64,000 bases of DNA from an uncultured Actinomycetota bacterium (GTDB taxonomy: Bacteria > Actinomycetota > Acidimicrobiia > Acidimicrobiales > Ilumatobacteraceae), in contig CAVTVY010000001.1 in the NCBI GenBank assembly GCA_963738275.1, forward strand, positions 122,448-186,447, written 5' to 3'. The notes under the pieces are model-generated. The model saw only the letters and a list, made by a program, of their open reading frames with translations, was not told where the DNA came from and made no database searches. Made by a program: the position numbers and the translations under genes. Each line of letters opens with the position of its first letter. The first letter of the stretch is position 1. Of this stretch, positions 31,191-40,036 are shown piece after piece.

Positions 31191-31306
31191 GGGATCAGCG
31201 GATAGGTCGCTTCGCTCCTTTTCATTCCGCTGATTTCCCCCGTATCCATGGGCGTCGCCAACCGGACAGTCTCGGCAAAGCCTCGCCTACCCGCTCGGCT
31301 CCTTAC
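31191..31306. repeat. Dispersed structured intergenic repeat, copy 1
   Basis: Matches 48453-48569 except for 3 substitutions and 1 indel; contains stem-loops. Confidence 0.9.
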
Positions 31307-31357
31307 CCGTCCGACGGATGGGGAATGTTGACTGGCTGAGTAGGGTTTGTTCTGCTG

Positions 31358-32572
31358 ATGCGAAAAGTGGCCGTGATCTCCTTGCACACGTCGCCGCTGC
31401 TGCAGCCGGGTACCGGCGACAGCGGTGGCATGAACGTGTACGTGCGCGAGATCGTTTCGTCGTTGTCGCAGGCCGGTCTCGAGTGCACCACCTACACGCG
31501 GGCCGACCGTCCGGGGCTCCCGGCCGAAGTGCTGGTCGAGCCGAACCACAAAGTGGTGTATGTGCCGGCTGGCCCGTTCAACCTGCCGAAAGAAGCGTTG
31601 CCCGACATCGTCGATGAGTTCACCGACCGCGTGCTCGAACACCTCTCGCGCAACGGCGGGGCCGATGTGGTCCACGCCAACTATTGGCTCAGCGGTGTCG
31701 CTGCACACCGCATCAAGCACACGTTGGGCATCCCCTTCGTGTCGACGTTCCACACGCTTGCCCGCGTCAAGGCCGAGGGTGGCGACCCGGAATCTGTCTG
31801 GCGTGATCGGGCCGAGGCCGAACTCATCAACTGCGCAGATGCCATTTGTGTCAGTTGTTCCACCGAGGAAGAGCAGTTTCTGCGGTTGTACGGCACACCC
31901 AACGGCCGACTGGAGATCGTGGCGCCGGGCGTGGAGCACGCGTTCTTCGCACCCGGCGATCAGGGCGGCGCTCGGTTCGCGCTCGGTCTGCCGGTCGACG
32001 TGCCGGTGCTGCTGTTCGTCGGACGTTTGCAACCGCTGAAAGGTCCAGACGTTGCGATTCGGGCGTTGCACGCGCTGGGCCGCTCCGACGCGATATTGCT
32101 CATCGTGGGCGGATCCAGCGGGGCCGAAGGTGATGCCGAAGTGGAGCGGACGCATCAACTGGTGGCCGAACTCGGGCTGGGCGAGCAGGTGCGTTTCGTC
32201 GAACCTCAGGCGCATCACATCTTGTCCACGTATTACCGTTCCGCCGACGTCGTCGTGGTGCCAAGTCGCAGTGAGAGCTTCGGCTTGGTGGCTCTCGAAG
32301 CGGCTGCTTGCGGCATTCCGGTTGTCGCCAGCGCGGTGGGTGGCCTGCTGTCGCTCGTCGACCATGGCCGTACCGGTTTCCTCATTCCCGAACGTGACCC
32401 GATGCGTTTTGCAAAGGCGATCGCTATGTTGCTCGACGAGCCGATGTTGGCCCAGTCGATGTCGGCGGCGGCAGCGGTTCGAGCCCGTCAGTACACCTGG
32501 AGTTTCGCGGCGGCACGGTTACGCCGCCTGTATTCCGATCTCACGGTGCGAACGCTCGTTTCTTGCGCATGA
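31358..32572 (+). CDS. mshA: D-inositol-3-phosphate glycosyltransferase (mycothiol synthesis)
   Basis: SLHTSPLLQPGTGDSGGMNVYV, HANYWLSG, GRLQPLKG, PSRSESFGLVALEA. Confidence 0.92.
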   Translation: MRKVAVISLHTSPLLQPGTGDSGGMNVYVREIVSSLSQAGLECTTYTRADRPGLPAEVLVEPNHKVVYVPAGPFNLPKEALPDIVDEFTDRVLEHLSRNGGADVVHANYWLSGVAAHRIKHTLGIPFVSTFHTLARVKAEGGDPESVWRDRAEAELINCADAICVSCSTEEEQFLRLYGTPNGRLEIVAPGVEHAFFAPGDQGGARFALGLPVDVPVLLFVGRLQPLKGPDVAIRALHALGRSDAILLIVGGSSGAEGDAEVERTHQLVAELGLGEQVRFVEPQAHHILSTYYRSADVVVVPSRSESFGLVALEAAACGIPVVASAVGGLLSLVDHGRTGFLIPERDPMRFAKAIAMLLDEPMLAQSMSAAAAVRARQYTWSFAAARLRRLYSDLTVRTLVSCA

Positions 32573-33045
32573 CCGACATTCATTTGGGTGAACGGTTCGA
32601 CGGGCTGCACGGGCGTATCGATGCGTGGCTCGACGAGTTCGCCACAGACAACCCGATGATTGGTGCGATCGATCGCGGTACGTCCGACGACACCCCGTTC
32701 GGAGAGCCACGTTGGTACGTGCGCATGCTGGGTGATGAAAAAGACTTCACCACGGTGTGGCTGACGCTCGGGCAACGGACGCTGCGCTACGAGACCTACG
32801 TCATGCCAGCCCCCGAAGAGAACGAGGCGGCAGTGATGGAGATGTTGCTGCGACGTAACGATCAGATGGTGGGCGCGCACTTCTCGGTAGGCGCTGAAGA
32901 TGCCATCTATCTCAAAGGCGAAATGCCCGACGTGGCCGTCACCGCCGACGAAATCGACCGTGTGCTGGGAACGTTGTTCACCACCGTCGAAGCGATGTTC
33001 AAACCGCTGCTCCGGCTCGGGTTTGCGTCCCGCTTCGTCGGCTGA
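32569..33045 (+). CDS. YbjN/CesT-like domain protein
   Basis: Overlaps the mshA stop, as in the mycobacterial mshA locus; RWYVRMLGDEK, YETYVMPAPEEN. Confidence 0.75.
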   Translation: MTDIHLGERFDGLHGRIDAWLDEFATDNPMIGAIDRGTSDDTPFGEPRWYVRMLGDEKDFTTVWLTLGQRTLRYETYVMPAPEENEAAVMEMLLRRNDQMVGAHFSVGAEDAIYLKGEMPDVAVTADEIDRVLGTLFTTVEAMFKPLLRLGFASRFVG

Positions 33046-33230
33046 CCGCAGCATCACGGAAAGATTCACAGACAGAATCACCGACGCCCTTGCCCGATCG
33101 GCCGCCCGGATGTCCACACCTTGACGCTCGGGCGGGAATCGGGAAGTCGGTCCTCTTCGGCCCGCCCGAGCAAACCTCTCCGGGCGCTATCTCTGTCCAT
33201 CCCTTCGAGGCTGCAAGTAGCGTCGCCGAG

Positions 33231-34019
33231 ATGACGTATGAGATGGCGATTGTCGGCGGCGGCAACATGGGAGCCGCGCTCCTCGGCGGTTTGCTTGCTG
33301 GTGGTGTCGTAGCCAAGAGCGACGTGGTCGTGGTCGAGTCGTACGAAAGTCGTCGGGACGAACTTGGCGTTCTGTTCCCCGGTGTTGAAGTCGACGCGGA
33401 CATCCCGGCGTGCCGGTCTGCGGTGCTGGCCGTCAAACCTGCCCAGGTTCCCGAGGTTGCCGCGGCGGCTGTGGCCGCGGGGGCGACGCGCTTGCTGTCC
33501 ATCGCTGCGGGAGTGACGACGGCCACGATCGTGGAAGCCGCTGGCGGTGGCGTGGCAGTGGTGCGGGCGATGCCCAACACGCCGGCGCTGGTCGGTGAAG
33601 GCGTCAGCGCGATCGCGGCCGCCGTTGGGGCGACCAACGAGGATCTCGATTGGGCGGATCGCGTGCTCAGCGCCGTCGGTCTCGTGGTGCGGGTGGAAGA
33701 GCGTCAACTGGACGCGGTCACCGGGCTCACCGGTTCGGGGCCCGCGTATGTGTTTCTCATCGCCGAAGCGCTCATCGAAGCCGGCGTCCTCGCCGGTTTG
33801 CAGCAAACTGTGGTGGAGCAGATGGTGACGCAGTTGCTGGTGGGGTCGGCCGCACTGCTTGCCGATCGAGGCGACCCAGCCCATCTCCGCGCGATGGTCA
33901 CCTCGCCCGGCGGCACCACTGCTGCAGGGCTGCGAGTGTTGGAAGACCGAGCCGTTCGGGCGAGCGTCATCGAAGCCGTACGCGCGGCCACGAGCCGCAG
34001 TCGCGAGCTCGGAAGTTGA
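33231..34019 (+). CDS. proC: Pyrroline-5-carboxylate reductase
   Basis: GGGNMG, LAVKP, SIAAG, RAMPNTP, GSGPAY, VTSPGGTT. Confidence 0.96.
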   Translation: MTYEMAIVGGGNMGAALLGGLLAGGVVAKSDVVVVESYESRRDELGVLFPGVEVDADIPACRSAVLAVKPAQVPEVAAAAVAAGATRLLSIAAGVTTATIVEAAGGGVAVVRAMPNTPALVGEGVSAIAAAVGATNEDLDWADRVLSAVGLVVRVEERQLDAVTGLTGSGPAYVFLIAEALIEAGVLAGLQQTVVEQMVTQLLVGSAALLADRGDPAHLRAMVTSPGGTTAAGLRVLEDRAVRASVIEAVRAATSRSRELGS

Positions 34020-34095
34020 TCCTCAGTTCATCCTGAGTTGGTTCCGCGCTTGCAGATGCAAGCGGAGGATGCAAGTACTGATCGAAAAAATCTGC

Positions 34096-34111
34096 TGTGA
34101 CGCTTTTCACA
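34096..34111. promoter_or_regulatory. CRP/Rex-type palindromic site upstream of a TACAGT -10 element (34127)
   Basis: TGTGA-CGCTTT-TCACA. Confidence 0.55.
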
Positions 34112-34236
34112 TGGGTTTTCCTGGCGTACAGTAAGCGCCGGTGAGCGCTCCGGCTTCGGCTGGTCAGCGCCGACAGAGCCGGTGCCATCGGGGGGTTGGC
34201 ATCGGCTCTTGTCGCGTCTGCGGGTAAGTTCACGCC

Positions 34237-35163
34237 GTGACCCGATTCGACACTCCCGGATTCGACACTCCGAGATTCAATACCGTGTCGTTCCTCACCG
34301 ACTACGGCACGGCCGATGAGTTCGTCGGAGTGGTCAAGTCGGTCATCCGCGACATCGCCCCTCACGTCAGTGTGATCGATCTGACCCACGACATCACTCC
34401 GTTCGATGTGCGCGCCGGGTCGCTGGCGCTTGCGCGTTGTATCGGGTACGTACCGAGTGGTGTCGTGCTCGCGGTCGTCGACCCAGGGGTCGGAACGACT
34501 CGTCGTGCCGTGGCCATTGAAGTTGCGGGAGGCGCAGGTGTGGTCATCGGACCGGACAACGGATTGCTCGCTCCTGCGGTGGCCATGGCTGGTGGCGCCG
34601 AGCGCGCCTTCGAGCTCACCAATCCGGAGTATCAGCTCGAGTCGGCAGGCGCTACGTTCGCCGGTCGCGACGTGTTTGCACCGGCCGCAGCGCATCTGTG
34701 CAATGGCGTACCGATCGAGATGTTCGGCGCTGAGATCGACCCGATCTTGCTGCTGCCGGCCACGGTGCCGCTGCCGCGGGAAGATGGTGACGCGTTGATC
34801 TGCGAGGTGCTGTGGGTCGACCGTTTCGGAAATTGTCAACTCAATGTCGGCCCCGACGACCTGCCGACCGGCTGGGGGAACGTGTTGCAGATGCGCACCG
34901 GCTCGCCGACCGATCCGACGGGGCAGTCAACCCGACGAGCCGTCCGGTCTTCGACGTTCGCCGGCCTGCCACCCGGGTCGGCAGGTGTGGTTCTCGATTC
35001 ATACGGCATGTTGGCCATCTGTCTCGATCAGAGGTCGGCGGGCGAAGAGATCGGGCTCGCTGCCGGCGATCAGGTGACACTCACGCATCTGGACGCGGGG
35101 GATCTCGTGGACGACGTCGCGGCTGGGTCGACGACGAACGTCACACTCGGCCGTCGAACCTGA
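34237..35163 (+). CDS. SAM hydrolase / SAM-dependent halogenase (DUF62) family protein
   Basis: FLTDYG, DLTHDI, VVDPGVGTTRR, GPDNGLL, TFAGRDVFAP, VDRFGN. Confidence 0.92.
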   Translation: MTRFDTPGFDTPRFNTVSFLTDYGTADEFVGVVKSVIRDIAPHVSVIDLTHDITPFDVRAGSLALARCIGYVPSGVVLAVVDPGVGTTRRAVAIEVAGGAGVVIGPDNGLLAPAVAMAGGAERAFELTNPEYQLESAGATFAGRDVFAPAAAHLCNGVPIEMFGAEIDPILLLPATVPLPREDGDALICEVLWVDRFGNCQLNVGPDDLPTGWGNVLQMRTGSPTDPTGQSTRRAVRSSTFAGLPPGSAGVVLDSYGMLAICLDQRSAGEEIGLAAGDQVTLTHLDAGDLVDDVAAGSTTNVTLGRRT

Positions 35164-35209
35164 CTGCCCGAACCAGACTGCCCGAACCAGACCGCCCGAA
35201 CCAGACTGC
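35162..35209. repeat. Short tandem repeat, 14-bp unit x~3.5
   Basis: (GACTGCCCGAACCA)n directly after the DUF62 stop. Confidence 0.8.
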
Positions 35210-35240
35210 ACGGCCGTGTTCGCTCGGTAGCGTCATCGGC

Positions 35241-35324
35241 GTGCGCCCTGCTACCACCCTCACGCTCGGGCTGTTGCTCGCTGCCATCCTTCTCGCCGGC
35301 ATCATTTCGCTCGTCCGGCTCTAG
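35241..35324 (+). CDS. Putative 27-aa single-TM small protein
   Basis: GTG...TAG encodes MRPATTLTLGLLLAAILLAGIISLVRL; TAGCGT -10-like hexamer just upstream suggests leaderless expression. Confidence 0.55.
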   Translation: MRPATTLTLGLLLAAILLAGIISLVRL

Positions 35325-35377
35325 CCCGCTGACGGGGGCTTGTACGATGACCGCGTGAGGGCGAGCGGAGGAACGAC

Positions 35378-35506
35378 ATGAGTCATATCGGTTCTGGCGA
35401 CGGCGTCGGCTGCGTGCCGAACGATCGTCACAGCTGCGTGCCGAACGATCGTCACAGCTGCGTGCTCAACGATGGTCCGAGCTGCGTGCTCGCGGCGGCG
35501 GCATGA
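35378..35506 (+). CDS. Putative 42-aa Cys-repeat peptide
   Basis: GGAGGA RBS; MSHIGSGDGVGCVPNDRHSCVPNDRHSCVLNDGPSCVLAAAA*; ATGA overlap with the next gene; built from a 24-bp repeat at 35409-35491. Confidence 0.45.
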   Translation: MSHIGSGDGVGCVPNDRHSCVPNDRHSCVLNDGPSCVLAAAA

Positions 35507-37009
35507 ATCTTGCCAACATCATCGATGGTCACGATGCGAACAGCGTCGCGCTGATCTCGAGAAACCGTGAGACCACGTATGGTGACTTGCGCTCCCAGGT
35601 GGAACGCGTTCGAGGCGGCCTGGCAGCTCATGGCATCGCCAAAGGTGACCGCGTCGTCATCTTGTGCGGCAACAACCGGTACTTCGTGGTGTCGTATCTC
35701 GCCACCCTTGGGATTGGTGCGGTCGCGATTCCGCTCAACCCCACCAGCCCGGGTCCTGAACTGGCCAGAGAGTTCGCTGTCGTCCGGCCCACGGCGGTGA
35801 TCGTGGGCCCAGCCGCGGTTGACGCGTGGAACTCACTCGAAAGTTCGGTTCGCGAGTCGATCGCTACCGTCGTCATCGCCGAAGCTGCCGCCGACGGGGT
35901 GTTGTCGTTTGAAGAGTTGCTCACGGCCGATCCCCTGGCGGCAGTCGACGTGGAGCCCGACCACGTTGCGGTGATGATGTTCACCAGCGGAACGGCTGGT
36001 GAACCGAGAGCTGCCATGCTCAGCCATGGCAATCTCCTTGCCAATCTCACCCAGAGTCTGTCGGCACCCGATCATTGTCGCGCGGGCGACATGGTGTACG
36101 GAGTGCTGCCGCTGTTCCACATCTACGGACTCAATGTCGTGGTTGGTCTGTCGCTGTCAGTCGGCGCGACCAGTACTGTTGGTGCAGCGGTTCGACCCCG
36201 CAACAGCGGTGCAGTCGATCATTCAACGTGAGGTCACCATGGTTCCTGGGGCTCCGCCGATGTGGGTGGCATTCAGTCATTTCGACGAGTTGCCCAAAGA
36301 CACGTTCCAAACGGTGAGAGTCGCGGCGTCGGGGGCCTCGCGGTTGCCGCCGAAGGTTTCCGAGCGGATGCTGTCGATGTTCAACTTGGTGGTCAGCGAG
36401 GGTTACGGCCTCACCGAAGCGGCGCCCGTCGTCACCAGCTCGATCGGTATCGAGCCTCGAGTCGGGTCGGTGGGCCGGGCGCTGGTGGGTGTCGAGATCC
36501 GCGTCGTCGACCACGACGGCGTCGATGTGCCCGTCGCCGATACCGGTGAAATTTGGGTGCGTGGCGACAACGTGTTCCTCGGCTACTTCGAAGATCAAGA
36601 GGCAACAGACCGTGTGCTCGTTGACGGATGGTTGCGCACGGGCGACATTGGGGTAGTCGACGATGATGGGTATCTCTACCTCGTCGATCGTGCCAAAGAC
36701 CTCATCATCGTGTCGGGTTTCAATGTGTTCCCGGGCGAGGTCGAGGAGGTGTTGTTGCAGCACCCTGCGGTTGCCGAAGTGGGCGTGCTCGGCGTGCCGC
36801 ATCCGCATGATGGGGAAGCGGTAAAGGCGTACGTGGTTCTCACTGAGGGTGCCGACGTCGACGAAGAGTCACTGATCCGGTATTCGGCCGACTATTTGGC
36901 GCGGTACAAGTGCCCGACCAAGGTCATCTTCATCGACTCCCTACCGCGAAACGCATCCGGCAAACTGGTCAGGCGCGAGCTCGAAGGCACCGTCCTCGGC
37001 CCCACCTGA
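35503..37009 (+). CDS. Long-chain fatty acid--CoA ligase (AMP-binding); frameshift ~36170
   Basis: FTSGTAGEPR, LPLFHIYG, EGYGLTE, LRTGD, DRAKDLIIVSGFNV, PRNASGK. Confidence 0.92.
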
Positions 37010-37011
37010 CT

Positions 37012-37029
37012 TTGTGAAATTGTGCACAT
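37012..37029. promoter_or_regulatory. Rex operator (ROP)
   Basis: TTGTGAAATTGTGCACAT vs TTGTGAA-N4-TTCACAA, directly upstream of rex-hemACD. Confidence 0.75.
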
Positions 37030-37049
37030 GCGCCGTAGGCTCCAGGTCG

Positions 37050-37748
37050 ATGGCCCGCACCCGACGCCGCATTCCGGAAGCAACGGTCGCACGGCTTCCC
37101 GTGTATCTCCAGATCCTCGATGAACAGGCTGACCTCGGAGTCGACAACATTTCGTCGGAGGGCCTTGCCGAACTCGGCGGGGTCAACGCTGCCAAGGTCC
37201 GGAAAGATCTGTCGTATCTCGGCAGCTACGGCACCCGTGGCGTGGGATACGAGGTGGGTTACCTCGTGTATCAAATTCGGCGCGAACTCGGGCTCGATCA
37301 TGATTGGCCCGTCGTCATCGTTGGGGCCGGCAACCTTGGCCAAGCCCTCGCCGGCTACGGCGGCTTCGGTGAACGGGGCTTTCGAGTCGCGGGCGTCGTT
37401 GACATCGACGACGCCAAGGTTGGCGGCGAAGTCGGCGGCATCGTCGTATCGCCCATGTCAGAACTGAAGAACATCGTGGCGTCTCGTGGCGTTTCGATAG
37501 GTGTCGTCGCCACGCCGCCGTCAGCGGCCCAAGATGCGGCGGATCAGCTCGTTGCAGCCGGAGTCACCAGCGTGCTCAACTTTGCGCCCGTGATGCTGTC
37601 GGTTCCGCTTGGGGTCACGGTCCGAAAAGTCGATCTCGCGGTCGAACTGCAGATTCTGAGCTATCACGAACAGCGTCGAGTCAACGCTGTGTCGGCGGCG
37701 CAACTGCAAGCCGTTCCCACCGTCCGCCGCGGAGGTGCCAGCATCTAA
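37050..37748 (+). CDS. rex: Redox-sensing transcriptional repressor Rex
   Basis: IPEATVARLPVY, VRKDLSYLGSYGTRGVGY, VGAGNLG, LNFAP. Confidence 0.96.
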   Translation: MARTRRRIPEATVARLPVYLQILDEQADLGVDNISSEGLAELGGVNAAKVRKDLSYLGSYGTRGVGYEVGYLVYQIRRELGLDHDWPVVIVGAGNLGQALAGYGGFGERGFRVAGVVDIDDAKVGGEVGGIVVSPMSELKNIVASRGVSIGVVATPPSAAQDAADQLVAAGVTSVLNFAPVMLSVPLGVTVRKVDLAVELQILSYHEQRRVNAVSAAQLQAVPTVRRGGASI

Positions 37749-37821
37749 TTGCCGTGCCGGACAGTCGTACGCCCGTGCGCGTATGAACTTCGCCGGGGTG
37801 CAGCGTTAGGCTGGTCTCGCC

Positions 37822-39078
37822 ATGTCGATCCTCGTTCTTGGACTCAACCACCGCACCGGGCCGCTGAGCGTGCTCGAGCGTGTCGCGCTGGCCCCGTCGG
37901 AGATTCCCAAGGCTGTGCACGCCCTCGTGCAACTCGACAATGTTCGTGAAGCGGTTGTGGTGTCCACGTGCAATCGCACCGAGATTTACGCCGTCACCGA
38001 GAAGTTCCACGGCGCCTATGCCGACGTTCGTGACTACCTGTGCGCACTCAGCGACCTCAGCTCAGACGAGTTGCACCCTCATCTCTATTCCGAGCATGAC
38101 GACGCGGCGGTTCAGCACTTGTTCGAGGTGGCGAGTGGGCTCGATTCAGCGGTGCTTGGTGAATCCGAAATTCTCGGGCAGCTTCGTGCCGCATGGGATA
38201 TAGCCCGCGACGAAGGCGGCGCCCGAACCACTCTCAATCTGCTGTTCCGTTCTGCGATCGGCGTCGGCAAGCGGGCTCGCACGGAAACTGGCATCGCGCG
38301 TGGCACCGCATCGGTCAGTTCGGCAGCCGTTGAACTCGCCACCCACCAACTCGGAGATCTCAATGGGCGGCGCGTCGCCGTGCTGGGCGCCGGCTCAATG
38401 GGGGAAGGTATTGCTTTGGCGCTGCGATCTGCTGGCGTTGGCGATGTCACGGTCGTCAACCGCACTGCTGCACGGGGCCAAGAACTCGCTCAACGCATCG
38501 ACGCAACGGCAGTCGATTTCGGGCAACTCGAATCGGTCCTGGCCACTGCCGATGTGGTGCTCACCGGCACCGGCGCAGGTCAGCCGGTCATCACCAGAGC
38601 AATGGTCGAAGCCAGCGGCCGCGCTGGCCGCCCATTGTTGCTCGTCGACATTGCCGTGCCGCGCGATGTCGACCCGTCCGTCGTGGAACTTCCTGACGTC
38701 ACCCTGCTCGATCTCGATGCGCTCAACGCATGGGCCGAGCGAGGGCGGTCGCAGCGGCGCGCAGAAGTCGATCGTGTTCGCCGCATCATCAGCGAAGAGG
38801 CCGAAGCATTCATTCTCGAAGAGGCCGCCCTGCAGGCAGCACCATTGGTCACCACGCTGCGTCAGCGGGCCGAGGCGTTCCGTTTGGCCGAACTCGAGTA
38901 CCACGCAAGCCAACTTGCCGATCTCACCCCCGGCCAGCGCGAAATGGTCGAGTCGATCACGCGACGCGTGGTCGCCAAGTTGCTCCACGAGCCGTCGGTG
39001 CGGTTGCGCAACCAGGCCGGAACGCCGCAAGGTGCGCGTAACGCCGCCGCTGTGACCGACCTGTTCGACCTTGGCTAG
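37822..39078 (+). CDS. hemA: Glutamyl-tRNA reductase
   Basis: STCNRTEIY, HLFEVASGLDSAVLGESEILGQ, DIAVPRD. Confidence 0.97.
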   Translation: MSILVLGLNHRTGPLSVLERVALAPSEIPKAVHALVQLDNVREAVVVSTCNRTEIYAVTEKFHGAYADVRDYLCALSDLSSDELHPHLYSEHDDAAVQHLFEVASGLDSAVLGESEILGQLRAAWDIARDEGGARTTLNLLFRSAIGVGKRARTETGIARGTASVSSAAVELATHQLGDLNGRRVAVLGAGSMGEGIALALRSAGVGDVTVVNRTAARGQELAQRIDATAVDFGQLESVLATADVVLTGTGAGQPVITRAMVEASGRAGRPLLLVDIAVPRDVDPSVVELPDVTLLDLDALNAWAERGRSQRRAEVDRVRRIISEEAEAFILEEAALQAAPLVTTLRQRAEAFRLAELEYHASQLADLTPGQREMVESITRRVVAKLLHEPSVRLRNQAGTPQGARNAAAVTDLFDLG

Positions 39079-39103
39079 CCGCTGGGCGTATGACCAACGG
39101 TTC

Positions 39104-39143
39104 GATGGTTGATTTCTGGATGGTTGATTTCTGGATGGTTGAT
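39104..39143. repeat. 15-bp tandem repeat between hemA and hemC
   Basis: (GATGGTTGATTTCTG)x~2.7. Confidence 0.75.
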
Positions 39144-39148
39144 CGTTG

Positions 39149-40036
39149 ATGGGTAGTTCCGAACCACTTCGTATCGCCACGCGTGGTAGCCAGCAAGCCA
39201 CCACGCAGGCGCTCGCGGTCGCCGATCAGCTCATCGGCGCCGGGATCGCGGCCGAGCTTGTCATCATCGACACACACGGCGACCGGACGCAATCAGCGAA
39301 CGTACCCTTGCACTCCATCGGCGGCCAGGGTGTGTTCACCAAAGAGGTGCAGCGCGCTGTGCTCGACGGTCGGGCCGATGTGGCTGTGCACTCTGCCAAA
39401 GACCTTCCCACCGCGCCGACCGACGGTCTCGTCATCGCTGCGTTCACCGAACGCCGGAACCCCGCCGACGCCCTGGTCGGACTCCGATTGTCTGAACTCG
39501 GCTTCGAGGCAACGGTCGCAACCGGGTCGGTTCGCCGTCGCGCCCAGCTCCGACGGGCCCGACCCGATCTTGTCTTCGAAGAATTGCGGGGCAACATCAA
39601 CACGCGGCTCGAACGAGTTCCGGCGGACGGCTCCATCGTCATGGCCGTGGCGGCGCTCGAGGTGCTCGGTCTCACCGTTCGCATCGCTGAGGTGCTCGAC
39701 CCAGCCGAGTTCGTACCTGCCGTAGGCCAAGGGTGTGTCGCCGTCGAGTGCAGCGACCAGAACCGCAAGGTTCTCGAGGCGCTCGAATCCATTGACCACC
39801 TCCCCACACGGCAAGAGGTGTTGGTCGAGCGATCATTCATGGCAACACTCGGGTCTGGGTGCTCGCTACCCATCGGAGCACACGTCGACGGGACTCGCTT
39901 GTACATCTTTCTGTCCGATCCGCACACCGGACGTACGGCATCCGACACGATCGAACTGAGTGGTGACCTCGACGACGATCTGGCTCGCGCCGCCGGAGCG
40001 GCGATGGTGGCACATGCCCACGTCACCGACTCCTGA
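39149..40036 (+). CDS. hemC: Hydroxymethylbilane synthase
   Basis: IATRGS, GVFTKE, VHSAKDLP, LRGNINTR, PAVGQG, GCSLPIGA. Confidence 0.96.
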   Translation: MGSSEPLRIATRGSQQATTQALAVADQLIGAGIAAELVIIDTHGDRTQSANVPLHSIGGQGVFTKEVQRAVLDGRADVAVHSAKDLPTAPTDGLVIAAFTERRNPADALVGLRLSELGFEATVATGSVRRRAQLRRARPDLVFEELRGNINTRLERVPADGSIVMAVAALEVLGLTVRIAEVLDPAEFVPAVGQGCVAVECSDQNRKVLEALESIDHLPTRQEVLVERSFMATLGSGCSLPIGAHVDGTRLYIFLSDPHTGRTASDTIELSGDLDDDLARAAGAAMVAHAHVTDS

